The position numbers and the translations under genes were made by a program. From NCBI RefSeq assembly GCF_036802725.1, contig NZ_DAIRVT010000002.1: a stretch of DNA of 64,000 nucleotides, one strand, 5' to 3'. This stretch comes from Methanomethylovorans sp. Its GTDB lineage: Archaea; Halobacteriota; Methanosarcinia; Methanosarcinales; Methanosarcinaceae. Shown here piece by piece: positions 47,176-56,676 of the stretch (position 1 is the first letter of the stretch; each line of letters starts with the position of its first letter). The notes under the pieces were generated by a model. That model did no database searches. It was not told the origin of the DNA and worked only from the letters and a program-made list of their open reading frames with translations.

Positions 47176-47810
47176 CTCGCCTGAAGGTTCATGGTATAAG
47201 TGAAAAGGTTCTCAGAGCAATGCTTAATGTGCCCAGGCATCTCTTTGTTCCATCTGTGCACATGTCAAGCGCTTATGTGGACTCACCACTTAATATCGGG
47301 TATGGTCAAACCATATCTGCTCCTCATATGGTAGCTATTATGTGCGATCTGCTTGACCTTCAGGAAGGTCACAAAGTCCTGGAGGTGGGTGCAGGTTCGG
47401 GATATAATGCTGCAGTTATGGCTGAGATCATAGGGAATACTGGTATAGTATATTCTACTGAAAGGATACCGGAGCTTGTCAGATCGTCGAAAAACAATCT
47501 AAAGGCAGCTGGCTATCGTAATGTAGAGGTTTTTCTTTCCGATGGATCTATAGGTCTGCCTGAACATGCGCCCTATGACAGGATATGCGTGACCGCATCA
47601 GCTCCCTCTATTCCTGAACCTCTGGTGCAGCAGCTAAGATCAGGGGGGAGGATGGTTATTCCTGTGGGGGAGATGTTCCAGTCCCTCTTCCTTGTTACAA
47701 AAGAGAATGATGGTACTGTGGTCACTAAAGAATGGGGTGGCGTAGTTTTTGTTCCCCTGATAGGGAAACATGGTTTTCATTTCGAGCAGAAACCTTACAG
47801 GCACCATTGA
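47124..47810 (+). CDS. pcm: protein-L-isoaspartate O-methyltransferase
   Basis: [19 protein letters not shown] and the [19 protein letters not shown] motif. The start may lie downstream of 47124. Confidence 0.85.
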   Translation: MGKWYFVEFSKERAELVARLKVHGISEKVLRAMLNVPRHLFVPSVHMSSAYVDSPLNIGYGQTISAPHMVAIMCDLLDLQEGHKVLEVGAGSGYNAAVMAEIIGNTGIVYSTERIPELVRSSKNNLKAAGYRNVEVFLSDGSIGLPEHAPYDRICVTASAPSIPEPLVQQLRSGGRMVIPVGEMFQSLFLVTKENDGTVVTKEWGGVVFVPLIGKHGFHFEQKPYRHH

Positions 47811-47930
47811 AGTTTCCATTTTTTAATAGAGCTTCATTCATATGATTGCACATTAAAGGAGAATTTTTGATGGCATATCTATATGATATATGTCATATAA
47901 TAGTTGATAATGTAGGAAAGTGTTCTATTC

Positions 47931-48386
47931 ATGGCAAATGAGGAAGGAGTCAGGGAAGTATTTGTGAAGGGTATTTTTCTAGTAAATATGCTGGGTGGTA
48001 CATCTCCTGCAGTATTGCTGGAGGATAAGGATGGTTTAGTAATGCCCATTCACATAGGCCAAGCTGAAGCATTGTCGATTGACACGGTGATGCGTAATGA
48101 GACCCTTCCACGTCCTATGACCCATGATCTTCTGGTCGCTGTTCTTGAGCGCATGGAAGTTGAAATTGACAGTGTGTTCATTGATGATAAGATCGATAAT
48201 GTCTATTATGCCCGTCTGGTGCTCAAAGATGGCGGAAAGCATATGGAATTTGATGCCCGGCCCAGTGATTGCATCGCCATAGCCCTGAGGACAAGTGCTC
48301 GCATTATGATCTCCGAGGACTTGATCATCAATGATGCTGTGAGCAAGGACCTGCTCAAAGGGGCACGTTCTCTTTCTCTTTACTGA
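47931..48386 (+). CDS. bifunctional nuclease (DUF151) family protein
   Basis: 151 aa. PIHIGQAEALSI...RPMTHDLL...ARPSDCIALALR pattern. Confidence 0.7.
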   Translation: MANEEGVREVFVKGIFLVNMLGGTSPAVLLEDKDGLVMPIHIGQAEALSIDTVMRNETLPRPMTHDLLVAVLERMEVEIDSVFIDDKIDNVYYARLVLKDGGKHMEFDARPSDCIAIALRTSARIMISEDLIINDAVSKDLLKGARSLSLY

Positions 48387-48433
48387 TAAAAAAGTTTAGA
48401 AAAACTTATATGGTGTCCAGTTGATGCTTCTAT

Positions 48434-49141
48434 ATGAGGCACAGGATATTCTACAATCCTTTCACAATGGTCTTTACCTTTGTGCTGTTGCTTCTGCTAT
48501 CTGTTGTCGTATCATTTCTCTTTTTCGGGCTTGTAAGTTCAGCTTTTGCAAAATTAGGTTTTTCGTGGGGTGATGCATTCCTGCTTCTTTTCCTCTGTCT
48601 GATTGGCAGCAACATCAATGTCCCTCTCACGACCCTGGAAACGGAGGTACATATCCCTAACGATAATTTCGTCAGGGCCTTTGGTGTAAAATACCGCGTG
48701 CCTTTCAAGGAAAGTTTTATCAGAAAGACCACAGTGGCTGTTAACATAGGAGGGGCGGTAATACCAATTTTTGTATCAGTCTACCTTCTTTATATATATC
48801 CAGGAGCGATAACCTATTCGCTGTATGGGATAATGATCGTAGCAGCAATTACTAAAATGGTAGCACGTCCTGTAAAAGGTGTGGGTATAGTGACACCTGC
48901 ACTGGTACCCCCACTGGTAGCAGCATTAAGCTCCATACTAATAATCTCTCATTTTCCGGCAGATCATGAGTTCATATTCATAATTGCATACACTGGCGGC
49001 ACCCTGGGCACATTGGTCGGTGCGGATCTCCTCAACCTGCGCGGTATTACAAAGATAGGTGCGCCGGTGGTGAGTATAGGCGGGGCGGGCACTTTTGATG
49101 GTGTCTTCCTTGCCGGTGTTATAGCCGTACTCCTGGTGTGA
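48434..49141 (+). CDS. DUF1614 membrane protein
   Basis: 235 aa polytopic protein. LIGSNINVPL motif. Confidence 0.6.
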   Translation: MRHRIFYNPFTMVFTFVLLLLLSVVVSFLFFGLVSSAFAKLGFSWGDAFLLLFLCLIGSNINVPLTTLETEVHIPNDNFVRAFGVKYRVPFKESFIRKTTVAVNIGGAVIPIFVSVYLLYIYPGAITYSLYGIMIVAAITKMVARPVKGVGIVTPALVPPLVAALSSILIISHFPADHEFIFIIAYTGGTLGTLVGADLLNLRGITKIGAPVVSIGGAGTFDGVFLAGVIAVLLV

Positions 49142-49193
49142 GGATTAATAAGATTCATAACCTATTAATACGAGTTTTCCATGAGTATTCATC

Positions 49194-50015
49194 ATGCTAA
49201 CAAAAAGGATCATACCCTGTCTTGACGTGACACTTGACGAAGCCGGAGGCACCGTGGTCAAAGGTATTGAGTTCGTTGACCTGAGGAAAGCAGGCGACCC
49301 TGTGGAACTTGCCAAGCGCTACAATGAACAGGGCGCCGATGAACTTGTATTTCTTGATATTACGGCTTCCCATGAGGGCAGAGGCACTATGGTCAATGTC
49401 ATAGAAAGGACTGCTGATGAGGTTTTCATTCCCCTTACTGTGGGAGGTGGTATCAATTCAATAGAGGACATCCGGCAGATCCTCAGAGCGGGTGCTGATA
49501 AGGTTTCTATCAACACTGCGGCAGTGAAAAATCCGGACCTTATCCGGCAATCATCGCAGATATTTGGTTCTCAGTGCATTGTTACTGCCATTGATTGCAA
49601 ACGCAATCTGGACATTGACAACAATCTGGATAAGGTTATATTGGAGCTTGAGGACGGTACTCCGGCATGGTACGAAGTTGTTATCTATGGGGGCAGGAAA
49701 CCTACAGGTATCGATGCAGTACAGTGGGCAAAAAAAGTAGAGGAACTTGGTTCAGGTGAGATCCTGTTGACAAGCATGGACAGGGATGGTACATACGATG
49801 GATTCGATATTCCAATTACCAGAAAGCTCTCCGAGGAACTGGATATACCTGTGATAGCCTCTGGTGGAGTGGGCAACCCGCAGCACATATATGAAGGCTT
49901 CACTAAAGGCAAGGCTGATGCTGCACTTGCAGCAAGTATCTTCCACTTTGGGGAATATACTGTGCAGGATGTGAAAGAATACCTCAGGGAAAGGAATATC
50001 CCTGTCAGGCTGTAA
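49194..50015 (+). CDS. hisF: imidazole glycerol phosphate synthase cyclase subunit
   Basis: [33 protein letters not shown]. Confidence 0.9.
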   Translation: MLTKRIIPCLDVTLDEAGGTVVKGIEFVDLRKAGDPVELAKRYNEQGADELVFLDITASHEGRGTMVNVIERTADEVFIPLTVGGGINSIEDIRQILRAGADKVSINTAAVKNPDLIRQSSQIFGSQCIVTAIDCKRNLDIDNNLDKVILELEDGTPAWYEVVIYGGRKPTGIDAVQWAKKVEELGSGEILLTSMDRDGTYDGFDIPITRKLSEELDIPVIASGGVGNPQHIYEGFTKGKADAALAASIFHFGEYTVQDVKEYLRERNIPVRL

Positions 50016-50031
50016 TTCGGGTGGTGTTATT

Positions 50032-50319
50032 CTGGAGATCAAGGAATTCCAGCAGTTCATGTCCGATCTGTACGGACACAACGATAGAAGGCGTGGTGCC
50101 ACTGCCACCATGTTATGGCTTGTGGAAGAAATAGGCGAACTCGCGGAAGCTGTGCGCAGACACGATACAGAGAACATAAAGGAAGAGCTTGCGGATTGTT
50201 TTGCCTGGGTGGGCGCTCTGGCAAACCTCTACAATGTGGACCTTGAAACTGCTTTCCTCGAAAAGTATCCGCTTGCATGTCCCACGTGCGGCAAAAACCC
50301 ATGTGTCTGCACGGATTGA
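50032..50319 (+). CDS. MazG-like nucleotide pyrophosphohydrolase (small all-alpha NTP-PPase)
   Basis: LWLVEEIGELAEA and EELADCFAW (EExxE / ExxD metal motifs). The first ATG is at 50059, but the family-conserved LEIKEFQQFM lies upstream. CTG 50032 is preceded by GGGTGGTG with a 5-nt spacer. The start codon is uncertain. Confidence 0.7.
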   Translation: MEIKEFQQFMSDLYGHNDRRRGATATMLWLVEEIGELAEAVRRHDTENIKEELADCFAWVGALANLYNVDLETAFLEKYPLACPTCGKNPCVCTD

Positions 50320-50339
50320 TCATCAATCGGCAGCTCAGA

Positions 50340-51335
50340 TCAGATGTAGGGTTCACAATGAATGTAAAGGATAGTTTCTTTACCGTACTTCTCACGTAAT
50401 CTGTTCTCTATTTCAGTGCAGATATCGTGGGCTTCTATAAGACTTAGTTGCTTATCTACCTGTATATGCACATCAGTGGCAATATTATTGCCTATCTTCC
50501 TTGTTTTGAGCTTGTGGAAGTCTTTTACGCCTTCAGTGGACACAATAATGTGCTCTATGTCTTCAATGACATCTTTTTCAAGGGCAGCTTCCGTAAGTTC
50601 ATTGGCATTCCTGTACGTGATCTCCAGTGCCACTTTGAATATGAAAAAGCTCAATATGACCGCTGCTATCGGGTCAAGGACTGCCCATTTGCCTCCTAAG
50701 GCTATTGCACCGCCGATACCCAGCATTGTTCCCACTGAAGAGAACGCATCTGAACGGTGATGCCATGCGTTTGCTTCCATAGCATCACTTTTTATCTTTC
50801 TGGCATAATTTAAGGTATATCTGTACAGCAATTCCTTTGCAACGATAGAAACCACCGCAGCAATAAAGGCTATAAGTCCTGGTTGTTGCAGGTTTCCACC
50901 ATTAATTACAACAAGTATCTTTCCCAGGCCACTCAGAAGTATCTCCAGGCCTATGATAAAAAGTACAATGCCCACAAAAGCTGCACATAGGGTTTCTATC
51001 TTGCCGTGGCCATACTGGTGGTTATGATCAGCAGGTTTTCCTGCAGCTTTGAGTCCTACTATCACCACAATATCAGTTACAAAGTCGGAAAATGAGTGGA
51101 CCGCATCTGCTATCATTGCTGCACTGTTTCCTAAAATTCCAGCAATGAACTTAAAAATGGTCAGGATGATGTTTACTATCATCCCATTTACAGTCACTTT
51201 TACAGCGGTCTCACTTCTTTCTTTTCCAGTGTGCATGCAATTAGATGCTCCTTTGGATAAACTAATGACTATTATCTCCCTATTTAACTCTTTGTGTATT
51301 TTTCGAGCACCATCTTCTTTTTTGAGAGCCTTCAT
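50340..51335 (-). CDS. cation diffusion facilitator transporter
   Basis: 6 TMs with HSFSDFVTD and HHRSDAFSS motifs, plus a C-terminal cytoplasmic domain. The start is possibly internal (MHTGKERSE...). Confidence 0.85.
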   Translation of the reverse strand: MKALKKEDGARKIHKELNREIIVISLSKGASNCMHTGKERSETAVKVTVNGMIVNIILTIFKFIAGILGNSAAMIADAVHSFSDFVTDIVVIVGLKAAGKPADHNHQYGHGKIETLCAAFVGIVLFIIGLEILLSGLGKILVVINGGNLQQPGLIAFIAAVVSIVAKELLYRYTLNYARKIKSDAMEANAWHHRSDAFSSVGTMLGIGGAIALGGKWAVLDPIAAVILSFFIFKVALEITYRNANELTEAALEKDVIEDIEHIIVSTEGVKDFHKLKTRKIGNNIATDVHIQVDKQLSLIEAHDICTEIENRLREKYGKETILYIHCEPYI

Positions 51336-51506
51336 TACTTATTATTGCCATTACTTTTTAATCATTTAAAAATATGTTTTGCTATCCTATATTTGGGTAG
51401 AGCTAAATTGAGACTCTCACTCCTCACTCATCTCTCTTTTTTTGTTTTAGGTGTAATTTAAATAGAAAGAAGACCGACTTATCAGATGCAATAGAGGTGG
51501 TGCCTT

Positions 51507-52469
51507 ATGCTTTACAATATTAGGCAATATTATATCGTAATGCTCTTACTGGTATTAGTTCTCCTTGGGAGTGGTTGTGTTAGAGATTTTGATGAAGGGT
51601 CCTACCTGTATATAACAAATACTGAGTTATCGGCGGATAAAGTGGCAAGTTCTTTTGTCGATCTCAATATAACAACATATATTTTTCACGAGAGTGGAGT
51701 GCAGAAATCGAATACTTCACTGGAACTTAAGGTATTCGACCGCAGCACCGGTCTTCTCAAGTTGCGCAAGACTGCAGATGTGGGTTTCATAAAGGAAGGT
51801 GAAACATCTTCGATATCTCAGTCTATAAGGCTACCCAAAGAAGGACAATACAGGATAGAATCTGTATTATATGAGGGTAACAAGACGAAACATACATCAG
51901 AGGTACAGTTGAGTGGACTTGAAGGCCTGAAGACCGATGTACAGGAAATAGGCATAGGGATAGATAGCATGGATTTTCTGGTCAGGAAGATTGTGGGTAA
52001 CAATGTTGTGATAGAGAATGACATCTATCTCACGAACGCAGGTTCTAGTGTGAGTGAAGACTACAAGGTGCTTGTAAAAGCCCGTGAAATGGATGCGCGC
52101 CTTATAGCTGATAAGGTTTGGACCACCACCGGGATCATCGGTCCGGAAGAAACCATTGTAAGGAGTGTTAATCTTACAGTGCCTGACAATTACAATTACG
52201 TTGTTGAGGTCATCATCTGGAAAGATAACACTATTGTAAAGCGCGGTGAGGATTATGTTCAACTGAATCCGGAAAAAGTTATTGACAAAGACAAAACTGT
52301 AGAGTCTAAGGATGTTACAACGAGCGATTTTCTAGTAGAGGAAACTCCAACAGAAGTTCCTGCATACGAAGTACCCTATGAGGGAACACAAACACCAGGA
52401 TTTGGTTCAGTATTTGCTATAGTATCTTTAATTGCAGCATTCTTCATGTTCAGGAGGAGATCTGTATGA
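51507..52469 (+). CDS. surface protein with PGF-CTERM sorting signal
   Basis: Signal/lipobox-like VLLGSGC. The C-terminus TQTPGFGSVFAIVSLIAAFFMFRRRSV is PGF + TM + RRR. Confidence 0.6.
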   Translation: MLYNIRQYYIVMLLLVLVLLGSGCVRDFDEGSYLYITNTELSADKVASSFVDLNITTYIFHESGVQKSNTSLELKVFDRSTGLLKLRKTADVGFIKEGETSSISQSIRLPKEGQYRIESVLYEGNKTKHTSEVQLSGLEGLKTDVQEIGIGIDSMDFLVRKIVGNNVVIENDIYLTNAGSSVSEDYKVLVKAREMDARLIADKVWTTTGIIGPEETIVRSVNLTVPDNYNYVVEVIIWKDNTIVKRGEDYVQLNPEKVIDKDKTVESKDVTTSDFLVEETPTEVPAYEVPYEGTQTPGFGSVFAIVSLIAAFFMFRRRSV

Positions 52470-52762
52470 GCGGGGATTTAAAAGAAACTGGAAATTTTGG
52501 GCATGAGCAATCAATTACACCAGTAAAGGTGAAAGAGAAAAAGGCATCTTCAATTGAAGATTATTTCAGGATAGGCCTGTTTGTATTGGTGGCCCTCCTG
52601 CTTGCAATCTCTTCTCTCCAGTTCTACAGTTCGGTACATGATGTGATATATACATGGTTCGAGTCAGAATATGTTCCCATAATCAGAGCTGTGTTTAATC
52701 TTGCAGTTGTAGTTTTCTGTTTATATGTTATCAAATTCCACCTTATGAAAAAGAAGGCATAG
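52466..52762 (+). CDS. small membrane protein (2 TM)
   Basis: 98 aa. Shares a 4-nt ATGA overlap with the upstream PGF-CTERM gene. Confidence 0.45.
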   Translation: MSGDLKETGNFGHEQSITPVKVKEKKASSIEDYFRIGLFVLVALLLAISSLQFYSSVHDVIYTWFESEYVPIIRAVFNLAVVVFCLYVIKFHLMKKKA

Positions 52763-52852
52763 ACTCTTTGGATATATATTCCCGAACATTGGCCGGAAAC
52801 TTCAAAGTATTCCGGCCATCTTTTATATATCGTGACATCATCAGAAAACCTA

Positions 52853-55300
52853 ATGTCCTCAATTCCTGAACTGCTGGCCCCGGCTGGTGATATGCTATCT
52901 CTTAAGGCAGCTGTGGAGAATGGCGTAGATGCTGTGTATCTGGGTGTTAAGAAGCTCAGTGCCAGAGCTTATGCTTCTAATTTTTCTCTCGATGAGCTGG
53001 AACAAGTTATCGATTATGCTCACCTCAGGGGTGTGAAGGTATATGTTACAGTGAATACTCTTATAAAAGATGCAGAATTTGCTGAGGCTGCCAGGACACT
53101 GCAGAGCATTGCCGCATATGGAGCAGATGCCGTAATAGTGCAGGATATAGGTTTGCTTTCATTTTTACGTGAATTTCTTCCGGAACTTCCTGTACATGCA
53201 AGTACGCAGATGACAGTACATAACACTGAAAGTGTATGTTCACTTGAAGGTCTGGGTGTAAAAAGGGTCGTGCTTGCAAGAGAACTTTCGCTTGAAGCAA
53301 TCCGTTCCATCCGTGATCATACGCAGGCAGAACTTGAGGTATTCATTCATGGTGCTCTATGTATCTGTTACTCCGGACAATGTCTGTTCAGCAGCATGAT
53401 AGGCGGAAGAAGCGGTAACAGAGGGTACTGTGCACAGCCCTGTCGCAAGCAGTATTCTTTGAAGAAGAATGGCGAAGAGGTCAATGTTAAAGGTAATTTC
53501 CTGCTAAGCCCAAAAGATCTTAATACTGCTGAAATCCTGCCCAAAATTATCGAAGCAGGTGTTTCGTCCCTTAAGATCGAAGGAAGGATGAAACGTCCCG
53601 AATATGTGGCAGGTGTGGTAAGTATCTATAGGCGGCTTCTGGACCGGTATGCAACAGATCCTGCAGGTTATTTTGTATCCGAGGAAGAATTGATAACACT
53701 TGAACAGCTTTTTAACAGGGGTTTTACTCATGCATATCTTTCGGGAAAACCACGTTTTGAGCTAATGGATCACGACGTGCCTTATAACCGAGGGGTTCTG
53801 GTGGGCACTGTAATCGGTCGTTCTAGCAGAGGCTATGTAAGCCTCAAATTGTCAGGCTCTCTCAATGTTGGTGATGGGATTGGTTTTTCATCTGAAGGAA
53901 CGGGTGAGAATGTAACCCGGATGTTCTACAAGGGTAAACCTATAAATACTGCTGGTAAAGGCATGGTTGTAGACCTGCTTCTTTCCAACCCAGTATCTGC
54001 AGATACGCAGGTATACAGGACTTCAGATGTCTCACTTCTTAAGTCTATGGAAAGGTCTTTCACTTCTCAAACGCCTGTACGCAAAGTGTCCGTGAGGCTT
54101 AAACTTACTGCTGTAAAAGGCAAACATCTGGAAATGTCTTTGGAGGACAGCGATAACAATGTGGTAAGGATGGATTCAGAATATATTGTCCAGGCATACC
54201 AGAAAAACCCGACAACTAAAATAGATGTTGAAAAACAGCTCTTAAAGCTTGGGGCTACTGTTTTCTATCCGGTCTCACTGGAAGTCCGGTCAGACCCCGA
54301 TATTTTCATTCCTATCAAGGAACTGAACAATATCCGTAACAGTGCCGTTCTGGAAATGGGGAAGATAAGAACCAGAAAATGGAAACGTACATTTGAAGAA
54401 TTTATTTTTTCACCTCCTACTTACCGTGAGGAAAAAACAGGAAAACCTTTGCTGTCTGTCAGTGTGAATACTCTGGATGGTTTGTTGTGTGCAGCAGATG
54501 AAGGTGCAGATATGATCTATTTTGGAGATGAGGACTTCCGCAGCCATACGAAAACCACACTTAAAGAAGCATATGATATTGCATTTAGGGCAGGCTGCAG
54601 GATATATCTTACAACACCATCTATTGTCTGGGATAAGGAAATGGATGAATTGTATTTGCTTATCCGGGAGGCACTGAAAATTGGTTTCTGTGGGGTGCTT
54701 GTTGGCAACCTTGGTGTTCTCAGAGCAGTTCAACAGTTGGGTTGCAATATTATTATAGACTGTTCTCTTAACGTATTCAACCACAGATCGGTTTCATTTT
54801 TCCATAGTGCAGGTACTGAAGCTGTTACCTTATCTCCTGAGCTTAAACTGGAGCAGGTTTCATCACTGAGCAGATATGGAACTGTGGAATGCGTGGTACA
54901 TGGAAATCTCAAGCTCATGGTTATAGAGAATTGCATCGTTGGAAGCTTGCTGGGTGGTGAAAATGATGCATGCTGTATGCCCTGTAGGGATAATACTTAT
55001 GCAATGAAGGATGAGAAAGGTTTTGAATTCCCGCTACTGATGGATGAACGCTGCAGGACCCATATTTTCAATTCCAGGGAATTATGTTTGCTGGATGATG
55101 TTGCCAACTTTATCAAAGCAGATATACTCAGATTCAGGATAGACGCAAGGTATATGGATGCGCAGAAAGTGCGGTTAGTGGTATCTGCATACAAAAAACG
55201 TATCGATCAATGCATTTCCAAGCAAGCGGTCCCCCATCTTTCCTGCAGGGACATATCTGACAAATACACAAAAGGACATTATTTCAGAGGCGTATTATGA
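52853..55300 (+). CDS. double-length peptidase-U32-family protein (two U32 modules)
   Basis: ATG 52853 gives MSSIPELLAPAGD. Module 1 signature: EVFIHGALCICYSGQCLFS...YCAQPCR. Second, degenerate module: ECVVHGNLKLMVIENCIVGS...ACCMPCR. Confidence 0.8.
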   Translation: MSSIPELLAPAGDMLSLKAAVENGVDAVYLGVKKLSARAYASNFSLDELEQVIDYAHLRGVKVYVTVNTLIKDAEFAEAARTLQSIAAYGADAVIVQDIGLLSFLREFLPELPVHASTQMTVHNTESVCSLEGLGVKRVVLARELSLEAIRSIRDHTQAELEVFIHGALCICYSGQCLFSSMIGGRSGNRGYCAQPCRKQYSLKKNGEEVNVKGNFLLSPKDLNTAEILPKIIEAGVSSLKIEGRMKRPEYVAGVVSIYRRLLDRYATDPAGYFVSEEELITLEQLFNRGFTHAYLSGKPRFELMDHDVPYNRGVLVGTVIGRSSRGYVSLKLSGSLNVGDGIGFSSEGTGENVTRMFYKGKPINTAGKGMVVDLLLSNPVSADTQVYRTSDVSLLKSMERSFTSQTPVRKVSVRLKLTAVKGKHLEMSLEDSDNNVVRMDSEYIVQAYQKNPTTKIDVEKQLLKLGATVFYPVSLEVRSDPDIFIPIKELNNIRNSAVLEMGKIRTRKWKRTFEEFIFSPPTYREEKTGKPLLSVSVNTLDGLLCAADEGADMIYFGDEDFRSHTKTTLKEAYDIAFRAGCRIYLTTPSIVWDKEMDELYLLIREALKIGFCGVLVGNLGVLRAVQQLGCNIIIDCSLNVFNHRSVSFFHSAGTEAVTLSPELKLEQVSSLSRYGTVECVVHGNLKLMVIENCIVGSLLGGENDACCMPCRDNTYAMKDEKGFEFPLLMDERCRTHIFNSRELCLLDDVANFIKADILRFRIDARYMDAQKVRLVVSAYKKRIDQCISKQAVPHLSCRDISDKYTKGHYFRGVL

Positions 55301-55719
55301 AGGTCTTTTTTTCAGGCTCTATCCGTGGTGGAAGAGAAATGTTGTCCGTTTATCAGCATCTTTGCTCATTTATTGTTTCTAAAGGGCATGAAGTACTTAG
55401 TGAGCATGTAGCTGATGCACAGCTTGAAAAAGTGGAATATTCCATGACAGAGCAAGAGATCTTTGCAAGGGATATAGCTCTCTTAGAGCACAGTTCATGC
55501 CTTATTGCAGAGGTAAGTCTTCCTTCTACAGGCGTTGGCTATGAGATATGCAGTGCAGTTCAAAGGCATATTCCGGTACTGTGTCTGTACAGGCCTGGAT
55601 CAAATGTGTCGGCTATGGTCCTGGGTAATCCCCATGTTGCCCTGTGGCAGTATTCCACACTGGAGGAGCTTGATACTAAAGTGTTAACCTTCCTGATCTC
55701 GCTGCAGGGAGAAATATAG
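55297..55719 (+). CDS. DNPH1/Rcl-like nucleoside 2-deoxyribosyltransferase-superfamily protein
   Basis: VFFSGSIRGGRE and STGVGYEI motifs. Shares a 4-nt ATGA overlap with the U32 gene. Confidence 0.7.
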   Translation: MKVFFSGSIRGGREMLSVYQHLCSFIVSKGHEVLSEHVADAQLEKVEYSMTEQEIFARDIALLEHSSCLIAEVSLPSTGVGYEICSAVQRHIPVLCLYRPGSNVSAMVLGNPHVALWQYSTLEELDTKVLTFLISLQGEI

Positions 55720-55753
55720 GGATAATAGTTAAATATTTATTCTGCCATATATT

Positions 55754-56005
55754 ATGTACATGGCTACAGAGATCATAATCGTTCTGGCTGCAATAGTAAT
55801 TGCATACCTGCTTTATAAAGTCCTGAAGACCGTAAAGAACATGGTGGTCAATACTATCATGGGATTGCTTGTGCTTGTTATAGCCAATACCGCTCTAGGA
55901 CTGGAAATAGCATACTCATGGGTTGTGGTCCTTACATGTGCCATTGCAGGTGTTGTTGGTGCCATCCTTGTGATCCTGCTGCACTATGCGGGCATCTTCT
56001 TCTGA
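55754..56005 (+). CDS. BofA-like small membrane protein
   Basis: 83 aa, 2-3 TMs. NTIMGLLVLVIANTALGL...AGVVGAILVILL. Confidence 0.5.
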   Translation: MYMATEIIIVLAAIVIAYLLYKVLKTVKNMVVNTIMGLLVLVIANTALGLEIAYSWVVVLTCAIAGVVGAILVILLHYAGIFF

Positions 56006-56676
56006 TCATAGCGCATAACGGCACGGATCATGTGCCGGATATATTTCTCTCCTCTATAATTCTTTTCCAATAGGTTGTCTTTCAATTCGAGGAAGCCGAA
56101 TCCTTTGAAAAGTGTCCTTATTTCTTCGGGAGTGAAATAGTGGTAAAGGATCCCATTGTGGCGCATAAAACTGCGTTCTTCTACTTCCTCTCCCCCATAT
56201 CTCATATCCTGAGAACCAAAGACCTCTAGGAATACCAACCCATTGCATTTTAAAACTCTTCTTATCTCGCTGACTGCAGCATATCTAGCTGCTTCAGTGA
56301 GATGCTGCAAAACTCCCAGACAGATCACGGCATCAAAAGTTTCTCCCTTAAAGGGCAAGTGGGTAAGACTTGCAGTGGCATAATCAGCTTTTCTATCCTG
56401 CTTTTTCAGGTACTCCCTTGCTCTGTGCAAAGCCATGGATGAAATATCCATACCTGTTGTGCTGTAGCAGGCAGATAGTGGAAATAGATGTCTTCCACAT
56501 CCGCATCCCACATCCAGTACTTCGCTTCCAGGAGGAAGCATTTCTGTTATATGGGATATGGAGCCAGCACAGCCCCATTGTAAATGCCTGTACTCCTTTT
56601 CCCACGCAAGAATATCTTCTTTCTCTATCAATTCTTTATGGCCTGTAACTTGCAGCTTCACTGAATCTCTTTGCAA
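55984..56676 (-). CDS. class I SAM-dependent methyltransferase
   Basis: [11 protein letters not shown] motif I and [11 protein letters not shown]. The start overlaps the lysK 3' end, so the true start may be internal. Confidence 0.75.
   Translation of the reverse strand: MQRDSVKLQVTGHKELIEKEDILAWEKEYRHLQWGCAGSISHITEMLPPGSEVLDVGCGCGRHLFPLSACYSTTGMDISSMALHRAREYLKKQDRKADYATASLTHLPFKGETFDAVICLGVLQHLTEAARYAAVSEIRRVLKCNGLVFLEVFGSQDMRYGGEEVEERSFMRHNGILYHYFTPEEIRTLFKGFGFLELKDNLLEKNYRGEKYIRHMIRAVMRYDQKKMPA

Noticed and set aside
49752-50395. 141-aa and 112-aa minus-strand ORFs
   Set aside because: Antisense to hisF and the MazG-like gene, both of which have clear family motifs.
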